Notes under the pieces: generated by a model
What the model saw: only the letters and a program-made list of their open reading frames with translations
Database searches by the model: none
Told to the model about the DNA's origin: nothing
Source: Proteromonas lacertae
Taxonomy: Eukaryota
Assembly (NCBI GenBank): GCA_002245135.1
Contig: NGBS01000035.1
Span: 1-64,000, forward strand
Direction: 5' to 3'
Length of the DNA: 64,000 bases
Translations under genes and position numbers: made by a program
In this document: positions 14,168 through 27,122 of the stretch, piece after piece
Layout of the letters: the number at the start of each line of letters is the position of its first letter
How positions within the stretch are numbered: the first letter of the stretch is position 1

Positions 14168-17100
14168 CTGAAGGAGGAGGAGGAGCAGCAGCAGAAACAA
14201 TGTATTTAAATTCTTTCTTTGTTTTACCATAACATATATCTATACCATTTTCTACATATTTCAGTTTTGTTATAGGTTTTTCTTTATCAAATACTGATTT
14301 AAGATCCCACTTTATTTTAGTTTTACATTCTACATTTCTTTTACATTTACCACAATAGAATGTTTTCTTTTTGTTAAATTCAATAAGGTATTCACATTCT
14401 CTTTCTACTGGTATAACTGTATTACAATATGGGCAAGTTAATGATTCTATTATTCTATAAACTTCATTTTCATTACCTATACCTTTTGCATCTAATAATA
14501 AGGAATAAAAATTGTCATATGCAAAATAATTAGGATATAATCCATCTCTACTAATAATATTTACTTTTTCTTTTCCTTTTTCTATTACTAATTCAATCAA
14601 TACTAATGGGTTTGGTTTTACAGTTGGATTAAATGCTATACAATTACAATAATTTCTTCTTTTTCCTTCTTGAGTATAAAATGTTGTTGGAGAAATATAT
14701 TTACTTAAAATACTATCCAACTTATCCAAACCTTCTTTATAGGATGTACAAAACATATTTGATTTATCTAAATATATGAAATTAGAATCTAAAAATCTTT
14801 TAATTTTCTGATTACTTCTTAATTTCTTTATCAAATCATCCATTATTTCTGATTCTTGTTTATTAAATTCAATAATTTCATCTTTATAATAATAATTATT
14901 ATCATTTAACTTTGGATCGTTTATTCTTTCTCTCTCTAAATCAACATGTGTAATTATTTCTTCAGTTTTTTCCACTCTTAAAAATGAGTTTGCCATTATT
15001 CTTTTTTTATCTTCATTTGAAAATGTATTATAAGAGGGATAAATATGTTCTATATATTCAATCATTTTTGTTTTTAATGTATTTGTATAATTGCTGAAGT
15101 TAAAATCTTCTTCTCTATTCATTGTCACATCATTCTCATGATTTACTATTGTAATTACAAATCTTGGATTATAATCTCTATCAAGGTATTTATCACTGAA
15201 TTGTTTTATAGTTTCTTCTTTTGTCATCTGTCTTTCAAAAATTTTATTCATTTCTTCATGTATTTTCTCTATAATTACCATTTTATTATCATTTATTACA
15301 TTTTTTCTTTTTTCATCCTTAACTGCATTAGTATTTTTAGTGTATTCTATTTCATCATCTATTTCGTTATGTATAACTCTGTCATGAGCATAATCCTGTA
15401 TATCAAGAATCAATTTCTTTACTTTCTCATCTATTATATTTTTTGTAGTATTATTCATACGTACTTTAAGTAATACTTCATTCTTTTTAGCTTCATACTG
15501 TTCCCACTTTTCTTTCTTCTTTATTAATTCTTCAAATCTCTTAATATTTTTATTATTTGATTTATTTTCAGCTTCATATTCTTCATATTTGTCTTTATTC
15601 CCTTTTAATTCTTTTTCATATTGGTCTTTACATCTTTTCAACTCTTCTATTTCTTTATTACTATAATCATTATTGATAATTTTTAATTCAACATCTTCAA
15701 ATCCAATATCTCTTATAATATAATCTAATTCTCTCTTATCAAAGATTTTGTTCATACTTTCTATTGTTATTTCATTAATAATTCTTTCTACAAAAGCAGT
15801 AATTATATTACTTTTATCAATATTACTTAAATTTAATGTTATATTTTTACCTAATCCAAATCTTAATCTTGTTTCTGTTTTTATATAATTATTTACTTGA
15901 CTCTTGATTTTATCATAAATTTCTTTATCACTACTATCCTTTTCAATATGTTTTAATGTTTCAGGAGTATACTATTTAAATATAATAGATTAATTATATA
16001 CTCCTAAATAATAAAGAGCTGTAGGAAGTCTTATATCTTTATCCATAAACATTCTTAATATCATTTCTCTTCTTTTTTCATATGTTTCTTTAAACATCAC
16101 ATTGAATAAAATACCTACAGATTCTTTAATTTTATGATTGTCAGACACTGTTACTTGTATTCCATTTATACACTGTTCATTAATCTCTATTCCATCAATA
16201 CATTTAAAATTCGATTTAAATGAAAAATCAATCATCATTGGTATATTTCTTTGATTTATTGTGTTTAATTCTAATTCTTTAGTAATTCTGGATTCTTTAT
16301 TACGTGATTTCAAATACAATATCAGATGTTCGTAATACCATCCACCTTCACCACCTACATTTTCATTATTTTCTTCGATTTTTTTAATGAAAAGATCAAG
16401 ATACATATTAAAATTACTATCATCTATTACAACTTTCTTTAATGCAATTTCTTCAGTAAGTTTTGAAATAAACTTCAATTTCTGAGGAATTTTAAACTCA
16501 TTTTTAACATCATAAATAAATACATATTCATTATATTCAGCAGGAATACCACTATAAACATCAATCTTTTGACATTTTTCAATTTCTTCCTTTACATTCA
16601 CATCTAATAATCCTGGAATTCCTCCATATTCTTTATAATTCTCATGAAGTACTTTATTTGACAATCTTGAATATAAATCTATTTCTTGATCATTGAATGG
16701 TAAAAGGCTAAATTGGATTGGAGCTCTCTTGCTACGCATCACTTTATAGCTTTCCAACTTCATACCACTTACTAGTATAACCACATCATCTTCACTATAC
16801 TCATCTTCGGAAATTATTAAATCATCACATATTATTATTGACTTTATATTATTTCCTACCTGCCTTTCTGGGAGATTTTTAACTATAGAATACACAGTCT
16901 GTCCTACATTTTTGCAATAATACGACCCTATATCTGATCTGAATATTACTTGATAATTTCTTTCAGATAGAAGTTCTCTACACAAATATTCACAAAATCT
17001 TGTCTTACCAATACCTTTATTACCATAAACTAAAAAGTTCTTTTGAATTCCATTCTCTATACTGATGTATCTCTTCATTCTATTGTAAATATTTGAGTAA

Positions 17101-17234
17101 CATCTTCTTTTGATAAAAAAAGGATTGTTTAAATACTCAATTCCATCACTTAATTCTAGTGTACTTCTATCATTTATTATCTCAAGAAGTTCATCCGCTT
17201 CCACTACAATTATAAACAACCAGATATATATACT
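12217..17234 (-). CDS. Crinkler/RHS-like protein with two P-loop NTPase modules, a PD-(D/E)XK-like nuclease motif and a Zn ribbon; second module frameshifted
   Basis: Module 1: RRCY, Walker A LVYGNKGIGKT, Walker B IIICDD, YGGIP, GWYYEH, FKCIDGI...GIQVTVSDNH. Introns 15972-16001 and 13777-13804 link in frame to a coiled coil, CPYC...CGKC and poly-N/Q. Module 2: LVRDYY, CGKST, IIICDS, VSSPD, VPRHL. Confidence 0.7.
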
Positions 17235-17613
17235 TAGAGAAAGAAGAAAATAGAAGAAAGAAGTATAGTTGAAAGAATAGGTTATAATAATCAAGATGAT
17301 GTTGTTATGTTCAGTTATCCTATTTCTTTTTAATTTCAGAATTATTTAAAAATAATCTATAAATCAGTGCAATTGTAGGTGGTATATAAATTGGAGTTAG
17401 AAGAGTAAGAATACTATATAATATGAACATATATATTATAGTTTCAATTTAACTTCCATTTTCATATAATAATAGTTGTGTAATTTATATTTTTTATATT
17501 TACATAACCAACAAATCACAAAACAGGAAAAAATGTTTAGAAACATAAATACAAGTACTTCTTTTAGGTTTATTTTATTACAATAAATAAATGACTCTTA
17601 CTATTATTATCTA

Positions 17614-19086
17614 TTAAGACATTTCATATTGATATTGTCGTGGAGTAGAGTTGGTATATTGATTTTGACGAAAATTATAATTATGACTTTGAATTCTTTT
17701 AGCAGCAGGTGGTGGTGGTGGTGGAGGAGCAGCAGATGAATTAGAAGAATAAGGATACGGAGGAGGAATAGGTTGTTGATTATTATTATTATTATTAGAA
17801 GAAGAAGAAGAATATCTCACTCCAAACCTTCTATAATTTGGATTACCTGATGCATTAGGTGGTGGTGGAACTGGCGTGTATACTAAGTTACTGTTATTAC
17901 TGCTGAATCTTGGTGATAATGAAGAGTAAGTACTTCGTGGTGAACTTGAATTGGATGGTAATTCTTTACCTTTTCTAGCACTTAATGATCTTTCTTTTTC
18001 TGGGTTAAATCTTTCTAATATATATTGTCTAGCTAATGGAGATAATAATATTCTAGCTACTTGAAGTCTTTGTTCGGTTGTTTGAGGTGAACTTACATTT
18101 AAATTACATTTTCTCATATCGTGACATTTCTGAACTCTTTCCATTGCTTCTTGAGGTTTTAAATTATAACATAATCCTAATATAATGGAGCCCACCATTC
18201 CAGCTCTTCCATGTCCTCCCCAACAGTGAATATATATTTTCTCTTCATTTTCCAATCTCCTTATTATCTCTTTACATAAGAAAAATAATTCACTATCATT
18301 CGTACTGGTTGTTAAATCAACAATCGGAAAATGAATAAAATCAATTGATTTTGGTTTAATATGTGTTGGTAAAGACCATAAAGATCCATCTTTATAGATT
18401 CTTTTTACATCTCTAAAATAGGGTCTTAATTTCTTCCCATTTTTCCACTGTTCAACGGTAATTGAAGGATCTGGATCATATTCCTGTTGTAGACATACAA
18501 ATGTACCTATTCCTAATCTCATTATATTACCTAAATTATGATATGTTATATGATTTGATATATCTGCTGGAAATGCACCAATCATTAGATGATCTTGAAT
18601 TAACCAATTACTTTCATCTGTTGGACCACAATATTTCTCTTTTTTAATACAGTCCAATGGTTCTAAAGAGGGTAAACATGAATTGTAAGGACTTTCGTAG
18701 ATTTTTCTATCACAACTATTAATTTGGTTTAAATCTAAAGCTGGTGGTTGACAGAATAGTAAATTTGGTGATATTGGTAGTTGTGGAGGTGATGTTGTGG
18801 TTGAACTGGATGGAGTTCCATTTATCGCTGGTGAAACATTGAAAGGTGTTTGATGTCTAAGGATAGAATTTGATACACGAGAGGATGGATCAATTGGTGG
18901 AATATTTGGAGGTAGATTTGGTGAATCTGATGCTAATAGTGGAGGCAAAGTCCTTCGTTTGTAATCTTCTCTTATGTCACTAACTAGAGGCACATTCTGT
19001 CTTAGACGTTTACTTCTTGCACTGATAAAAATGCCATCCACTCCATCACTTATTTCTGATAGAGGCTTGTCATTATCAACATCCAT
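17614..19086 (-). CDS. Cys-based protein tyrosine / dual-specificity phosphatase, intronless
   Basis: Catalytic loop IYIHCWGGHGRAG (CX5R), acid loop HFPIVD and Q-loop PQTTEQ, flanked by P/S/N-rich disordered regions. Confidence 0.9.
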   Translation of the reverse strand: MDVDNDKPLSEISDGVDGIFISARSKRLRQNVPLVSDIREDYKRRTLPPLLASDSPNLPPNIPPIDPSSRVSNSILRHQTPFNVSPAINGTPSSSTTTSPPQLPISPNLLFCQPPALDLNQINSCDRKIYESPYNSCLPSLEPLDCIKKEKYCGPTDESNWLIQDHLMIGAFPADISNHITYHNLGNIMRLGIGTFVCLQQEYDPDPSITVEQWKNGKKLRPYFRDVKRIYKDGSLWSLPTHIKPKSIDFIHFPIVDLTTSTNDSELFFLCKEIIRRLENEEKIYIHCWGGHGRAGMVGSIILGLCYNLKPQEAMERVQKCHDMRKCNLNVSSPQTTEQRLQVARILLSPLARQYILERFNPEKERSLSARKGKELPSNSSSPRSTYSSLSPRFSSNNSNLVYTPVPPPPNASGNPNYRRFGVRYSSSSSNNNNNNQQPIPPPYPYSSNSSAAPPPPPPPAAKRIQSHNYNFRQNQYTNSTPRQYQYEMS

Positions 19087-19385
19087 TTGATAATATGTTT
19101 ATTAAATTTTTGCTTTGTATTGATAAAAAATAGATATTTTGGATTACAGTTTTATTTTTATCGATAAATGATTACTTTGTGATTAAAACAAATTTAAAAT
19201 CAACAAACGTTTTTTTTCAAATAAAAAGCTTGAAAACTGTTTTTTATTTTTTAAAAAACATCTCCAAAACACTTTCATTTTTCATTAATTCTTTATCATA
19301 AATGTGAAATGTACTACCAAAAATATAACAAACCAAAGAAATTAATAAAAATAATCAGAAACAAAACAATCAACAATATTCCTCT

Positions 19386-20678
19386 TTATAAATCCAAAGG
19401 TCTAACTTTCATATATTCAGCTACAACTTCATCTGTCACTTTTGCTCTAGCTTCTCTGTGTTTACCTACTAACTCCTGTAATATCTTAATTAATTCAGCT
19501 TTCACTTGTCCAGTCAGTAATTCTCCTTTTGAATACTTATCACCAATTTCTTGTAGTTTATCGTCATCTTCTAAGAAAAATCTTAAGTACTGGTAAGGAA
19601 CATCAACTTCGAGATTTGCTCCTTTTTCTCTTTGTTCTGCTTCTGTTTCACCACCTCCACTAAATGCATAACGATTGATCTATGTTTGAACATAATAATA
19701 TTATTTATACTTTCTTTTTAATTTGATTATCTGTATCAGTAACAAATATTGAGCTATTTTCATCACTAGCACTCATTTTACTTTGTGGTCCTTTTAATGA
19801 TGGGAAAAATTTACTATGAATCAATGCTGGTTTATATTCTTTCAATTTTGGTGCTACATCTCTTGTCATACGGAAATAAGGGTCTTGATCAATAGCACAT
19901 GGGATCAAACATCCAATAGTAAGGTTCTTTTTAGCTGGATTCTTCTCATGTAATAAATCGAAATAATTCTTTAAAACTACAGGGAAGGAAGTGCCAAAGG
20001 ATGGAGCAGCTTGAATTGCAGGAAAAGATGATTTTCCAATATTAGAGGACTCGTTAAATCCAAAAATAGCTTTGGCTTGATTATAAGTTACAGCTTTTTC
20101 AATTTTACAAATATTGGGATACATTGAACCGATGTAATCTGTATCACAAAATATAAATGTCTTATTAAGATTGAATCCACATGCAATTATATCTTTTGAA
20201 TTTTCTATTCCCAATCTGTGGCATTCATCTAATTTCAAATCCTTCCATAAGAATTTCTCATCATCAGTTAATTGAATTACCAATGGACAGTCAAATACAT
20301 CTTGTAACCATTTTGTAAACATAAATGGAACTAAATGTCCGAGATGAAGTGCTCCTGAGGATGGTCCACTATCAGAAATTATTAATTTGTGATATATACC
20401 GTCCAGTATAAAGATAGAACTTTTCACCTTTTTCATACATATCTAAAATTCTATTCAATTCACGATGACTGAAGAATATTCCTCTTTTTAACCATATATG
20501 TGCTGGTTTACCTGTGACATTTTCAAAACGACTAATTAATTCCTATTATTTAATAGATTAACCACAAATATACTGAGTTTATTGGAGTAGATCCAAATTT
20601 TTGGATCAATGCAGTATAATCAACACCTTTTTCTCCAGCAGCTACTTCCCATGGAGTTACAACTTGTGTATCAGCCAT
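19386..20678 (-). CDS. WARS1: Tryptophanyl-tRNA synthetase, cytosolic (eukaryotic/archaeal type), 4 exons
   Basis: [50 protein letters not shown] and AFSGG. Three ~30-nt GT-AG introns give a complete frame. Confidence 0.97.
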
Positions 20679-20790
20679 AATTCAAACAAAATGATTTAAA
20701 TGAAAATTCCAAAAACGACTATATTTGTTTTAATATTTGGAACAGAAAAAATAACAATGAAACAAACTATACTATTATTAAATATTCCTA

Positions 20791-21822
20791 TTACTTCTTA
20801 ACGCTAAACGATTTTGGACCGATTCTATGGTATACAGGTATAAAAACTGTCTTTTCAACTTTCTTTAGTTTAGGAGTTGTTATAGGTGATAGTTGTGGTG
20901 TTTCTTTTATTTTATCTATTTATAAATATAATAATAACAACAATTCTTGTATATAATATACCTTCATTTATTAGATTCTTTAAATACACTGGCGGATTAA
21001 TTATAAAATGCATAGAATAAGTATATTTACTTTTAATTATCTCTAACAATTCAGCAGCACTAGGCCTTTCATTGTAATTCTTTTTCATCAACAATAAAAT
21101 AATATCATACAAATTCTTTGAATAAAATGGAGATATTTGAGGTAAATCATCATTAAAAATCATTTCTTTTAATTTACCAATGATATTACTGTAAAATGGC
21201 AACTTTCCAGTGGAAAGTTCATAAATTATACATCCTACACTCCATATATCACTCTTAATGTTAGTATTACTTTCCCATACTTCAGGAGCACAATATTGAG
21301 CTGTTACATTGAATTTTTGGTCTAAACACTTGTTATTCTCTATATATGAACAAACACCGAAATCACTGATAAAACAGCGGTTATTATATAGCAAAATATT
21401 TTCTGGTTTTATATCTCTATGAACAATGTTTTTACTGTGTATATATTCTAAGCCGTTTAACATATCGCTTAAATATGATATTATAGTCTTTTCTGGAATG
21501 TATTGAATAGATTTTGTATTGTAGTGTTTATCTATTACACTTCTCAAATCACCACCTTCACAAAAATATGTTGAAATGAAAATTTGATCTTCTGTCTCTC
21601 CTGATTTAACAAACTCTACTATATTAGGACTATCTATACATATAGATTTTAGTACATTTATCTAAGCATATAAATTCAACTTTATACTTCACGATCAACT
21701 AATTGTCTATTTATAATTTCATATTTATTTATTATTTTAACAGCGACTTTTATATCATTATCATATGCAGAATATACTTCTCCCTGTCCTCCTTTTTTCA
21801 GAAAAACAGGATTTTGAAACAT
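20791..21822 (-). CDS. NEK-like Ser/Thr protein kinase
   Basis: GGQGEV, VAVK, CEGGDL, HRDIKPEN, DFG, YCAPE and SDIWSVG; two short introns. Confidence 0.88.
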
Positions 21823-21989
21823 TTTTAAATAGCAAGCTTGATGGCTTGATAATTTATTTTGATTTTATTCTTTTTTATTATTAACTAACACATATAATAC
21901 AATAATATCATGTCATAACGTTTTATATAATAATAATAATAATAAAAGTCAATGACTTCATTCAACTCATTCTTATCATCAACCAATAA

Positions 21990-24276
21990 TTAGAATAACG
22001 CTTTTGCAATAGCTGTTACAGCAACAACAGCACATACACCTATACTAAATTTGTTATTTGAAATTCTTTCAACACCAACTCTTTCATAAACATCATACAC
22101 TCTATTGTAAATATTTTGAATACCATATTTATTTCCATTTACTTCAGTGTTGTTTACTTCTTTTACATCTGGTTCTTTAACTGTTTTTACTTCAGTGTTG
22201 TTTACTTCTTTTACATCTGGTTCTTTAACTGTTTTTACTTCAGTGTTGTTTACTTCTTTTACATCTGGTTCTTTAACTGTTTTTACTTCAGTGTTCTTTA
22301 CTTCCTTTACATCTGGTTTTTCATCTTCTTTAGACTTTTCTATAGTTTATAGATTATACATGTATATATACGATCTTTTATCAATTTTTCTAATAATTCA
22401 ACATAATTATCATCTTTATATATATATTTTACACTATGTTTTAACATCTTCAAAATTCTCTTTGTTTCTATTTTACCTTTCCATTCTCTATTATCAGTAT
22501 ATATAATATTAAACTAAAATATACTCATAATAACGAGGAATTGTTTCAAATGATAAATCATCTCGAATTATATAACCAAACTTCTTTAATACCACTTTTA
22601 ATAAATAAAAATAATAATGTCTTCTATTTTTATTCTCCTTAAATTCTTTTCTTTGATCTTCTGTGATAGTAGAAATCTCATCATATAAAAGAGGAAATAA
22701 GATCTATATAACATAAGAGCATAATCAGTTGTATAATAATACTTTAATATCTTCCTCACCAAAACATGATTGAATTTGATCAACTGTCATATCTAAATAA
22801 TGAAAAATATCATTTTTCTGATAATCTCCTTCACCAACATAAAACTGAAGTATCTATTAATTACAAATATTTAAATAGTATTATACATCAAAATTATTTG
22901 ATTGATTTAAGCTGCTAATTGGTTTATCATCCTCTTCATCTGAATCATCATCTGAATCTGATAAACATGATGCAGATTTTTTTTTAAGTTTACTATTCTT
23001 CTTCATCTTCTTTGAATTGTTTTCCTTTGATTTTGAAGTTGTTTGATTTTCTTTTTCATTTTTTTCTTCATGGTGTTGTTGTTGTTCTTCTTGTGGTGGT
23101 GGTGGTGGAGGAGGAGGTGGTTGGTATTGATATCCACACTGAGTTTGATATGAGGTTGAACCATTATATCCCATGTTTATTGTTTGATATTTTTTACTTA
23201 TTTCCATAAATTTATTGATTATCGGTGAAGATTTGGTTTTTTTCCTTTCTTCTTCCGGTTGTTGTATATTTACTGTTTGAATAGCCTGTGGAAGAGGTGG
23301 AGGTGGTTGTTGCTCATCATACGTTTTGATATTTTCATTACAACGATTTGGAATAGGTAAAAGGCTTGATCTTCTAATGTTAATATGAGATTGCATTGTT
23401 TCTTCAATCTCACTTAATAATATCCTTTTCTGTGGACTTCTTTCTAACATTTTCACTATTAATTCTTCAATTATAGGTATTTTGTTCTTTCTGCAACTAA
23501 AATTTGGAATATAATTACAATCTAATATCAAATCACGAATTGCTATATTACTTATTTCATTAAAACAAACATTAAAAGTGTATATCTCATATAATACACA
23601 ACCCAATGCAAATACATCACTTGCTTCAGAATATGATGGAGGATTACTTGTCCATAACTCTGGCGCTATATATGGAGCTGTACTTCCGAATTGCATATCT
23701 TTTTCACCTTCATTCAAATAAAATCCAAAATCACCAATGATACATTCGTTATGATTACCTATATATATGTTTGATGGTTTTAAATTCTTGTGAATAACTC
23801 CTTTTTCATGTATATACTTCAATCCATTCACCAAGTCTTTCATAATTTCAAATATCTCTTCACATGATAACTCTTGGTTACTTTCACGTTTTCTTTTAAT
23901 TAACCCTTAACAAATCACCATTTTCGATGTTTTCTGTGTAAAGATAGAAAGTAAAATTGGAATCACTATAAACAATGTCTTTATATACCATAATTTTTCT
24001 GTCTCTAAGCTCCTCTAAAGCTTTCATCCTCTCTTTACATTCTTCTACCACTTTAGAATCACATTCACCCAATTTTACCTCTGTTTTAACTAGTACTTCA
24101 TAGCTGTGTTCTACTAAACTCTTAATACCATGTGGGCTATTTCCTAACATTCTAATTTCATTGTCATGCATTGTTGATAATTCCATAGATATTATTACAT
24201 AAACACTTTTACATAAGAGCTTGGCTTGACTAAACAATTTTCTAAATATATTTACATACCAATTTAAACAATTCAT
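21990..24276 (-). CDS. Degenerate NEK-like (pseudo)kinase with C-terminal extension, 16-aa repeats and hydrophobic tail
   Basis: HKNLKPSN (catalytic Asp replaced by Asn), DFG, YIAPE, SDVFALG; no Gly-rich loop. Apparent +1 indel at 23904-23906. Downstream exons continue through 22850-22530 to the repeat exon ending IGVCAVVAVTAIAKALF. Confidence 0.65.
22139..22318. repeat. 48-bp coding tandem repeat, ~3.7 copies (EVKTVKEPDVKEVNNT on minus strand)
   Basis: Unit ttacttcagtgttgtttacttcttttacatctggttctttaactgttt repeats near-perfectly. Confidence 0.92.
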
Positions 24277-24627
24277 TTCAACTGTATAACATCAGATATG
24301 TCATTAAGAAGTGAAATGTGTTGGTAAGTTATAATTAATTCTATAAGTCGTTAAATCAATTTATACATACTTATATTACTCACTTCAACCAAAGTACCAT
24401 AGCCATATGTTGAATGTACTGTGGTTTATCCTCAAAATAAAAAAGAATATTATATGAAACGATAAAAATGAGCTTGAAGGTTTGATAATTTATTTTGAAT
24501 ATTCTAATGTTGTTATTTAAAAAATCAATAATTTCAAAAATAGTATGTAGTTTTTAAACATTTTAATCCTTATTTTATTATAATTTGATGTGTATAAAAT
24601 TAACATTATTAATTCATAAATCTATTC

Positions 24628-27122
24628 TTATTGGCGCACAGATGGGTGAGATTCAGTTTTTCTACATCTACATAACAAAATTCCTACAATAGCAACTGTT
24701 AGTATTATCACTACAACTACTAATCCTGCTATTATTGCTATTAACATAGTTGTTGATATACCTTCATCATCTTTATTATCATCTTTATTTCCGTCATTAT
24801 TTGGCTTGGTTGGATATATTGTTTTATTTTCTACATTTGTTACTTCAAATTTTGCATCTTTGAATATTGTAGTTTGCTCTAATTTATCACTTTGTATTTT
24901 GATTTCATTACTTAGTCTGTCAGAACCTTTTAATTTCTCTGCTACATCTTCAATTGTTCCTTTTGGTATATCTTCTGGCACTTTTATTATTGCTTCAATT
25001 TTCATTTCATTTGCTAATCGTCTTAGCTTTTGATTGTCATTTGATATAACAACTTCAATATCTTCTCTTTTCAATTCTATTTCTTTTTCGTGGTATATTT
25101 GGATTATTGAATCTTTTATTATATTCTTATCATCTTCACTCAATTCATATATTATTGTTGATGATGCAATATTTGATATAGTAATTTCTATACCAATTTT
25201 TTCTATCGGTTTTGGTGTTGTCGGTTTTACAGTTGTAGGTTTAGGAGTAGTTGGAAATTGGGTTGATGTTGGATTTGGTGTTGGATTTTTAGTTGTTGGA
25301 ATAATTGTTGTGGGATTTTCTTCAGATGTATGATAATTAACCATTTCCACTTCTCTATCAATTACAATTTCAGTTTGACTGAAAAACGAATAGTCTTTTT
25401 CTAGTAATTTAGGTTTTATTTGTTCTGCTACTATCATTTGAGTAATTATATCTTTAACTTCTTGTTCTTCCGTTGCTGAGAATATATAAAAGTTATAAGC
25501 CAGTTTATTATCACTAGTAATAACAGCTACATACATTAATGATGAAATATCAGCTTCAAATGGATATGAAAGTAATTCATATACTGCATTATATACAGCA
25601 TTAAATCGACCTATTGAAACTAAATCACTTTGTATATTAGTTATGTTCAGACTAAATTGATATTCTTTTCTTCCAAATGGTGCTTCAACTTTCTTACATT
25701 CAATTGCTGGTTCCCATTCTGCTTGATCTGTTCCTGTTTCTTCTGGTCCTTTACAATATCTTGATGATACACCCCATGTTGTTGATGATGTACAAGGTAT
25801 AAATGCAGTTTCACCAGCAGCTGCATTATTAAAACCACCATTAGTTTTACAGTATGATCCTTCTATAAATATTGATATATATGTTTCAATAATTTCTGAT
25901 TTACGAGTAACACCTGTTATCTTATAATCTGTTCGTGAAGATTCAGCTGTTGGAGTTCCTGATATTGTACCAAATTCATTAATTGATAATCCTGATGGTA
26001 AGTCATCAGCAATATATGCAATAATACCAACTGATTTCTCATACATAATTGGATCAATTGAAACATTTACAAAGAATGAGTATAATTTATCTGGATATAC
26101 TAACTCTGGTTTAGCATTTAAACATTCTGAATCATCAATTGTTTCATCCCAAGTCTGATCTTCATTACATTTTCTTCTTTCATACCCATCATTACCATTT
26201 CTACATGGAATTTCTCCAAATGAACCGACTGTAGTTTCAGAGAATCCATCTCTTTCTGGACATGTCTTATCCACAACTCTTATACTCATTTCAAATTTAT
26301 TCTTCCATTCATCTTCTGCATAAAATACATATTGTTTATTATCTTGCATTTCTTCTGGTGTTCCAGATATTAAACCTGTTGATGGATTTAATGTAATACC
26401 ACTTGGCAATTCTGGTTCTACTAAAAACTTAGAAATTGATGAAATTGTTGGTAACATATTATTCATTGCTACTCCTGCTTTAAGTACTAATGATTTTGTG
26501 TTGTAAATAAATGTAACTGGTTTTAATTTCTTACATGTTGATTCATCTATAATGTTATAACCTCCATTTGAAGTTTTAAATGTCAAAGTTTGGTTGTTAT
26601 ATGCATGATTAACGAAAATAGTAGCTACTTTTTCACTATTTTCATTTACAACACCTTCTATTGAACCATCATTGTTGTTAATTGATAATCCAGAGGGTAA
26701 GTTTTCTGCCCATATTCTTGTAACAGCAACATTACATTCTGGTGCTGATATGCGGTAATATACTTCATTATGTAAATGAAACTCTCTTCCTACTCCATAT
26801 CTACAAAAAGCTTTTACAATGTTCAAAGTTATAACCACAGTTATAACCTCATCACCATTTCCAATACGAACTTGGTATTTTGTAGGTGGCATTGGTAATA
26901 TAGCTTTACCCTTGATTGTTGGGTAATTCACTTCGAAACCAATTAAAGGAGGATAGACTGTAAATTGTGAAGGAATAAATGTGCATGATACATGGATATC
27001 TATATCATCACCCACTTGATATTCGTTTTGAATATCGATGTTACACGACTGTGAGGCAACTACAAAATGAAATATATAAAAATACCCAAAGCAATAATGA
27101 ATAGTATAATACAGAATCTCAT
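24628..27122 (-). CDS. Type I surface protein with putative-Ig (He_PIG-like) repeats, Cys-rich HRM-like modules and a T/P-rich stalk
   Basis: Spliced signal peptide MRFCIILFIIALVASQ; three LPSG(L/I)(S/T)(I/L)N..G.I.G repeats; two C..GF....G....PC......R.C...W modules; PTTPKPTT stalk; C-terminal TM helix. Confidence 0.85.

Noticed and set aside
13819..14170. CAA and AAT trinucleotide tracts as a distinct element
   Set aside because: Ordinary poly-Q/poly-N coding microsatellites, also present in many other genes in the window.
11936..17613. Terminal inverted repeats or target-site duplication around the Crinkler/RHS-like gene
   Set aside because: None recognisable by eye, so it is not called a mobile element.
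22116..22506. Plus-strand repeat ORFs, or a CRISPR-like array
   Set aside because: The 48-bp units are contiguous with no unique spacers and code on the minus strand; the plus-strand ORFs are antisense shadows.
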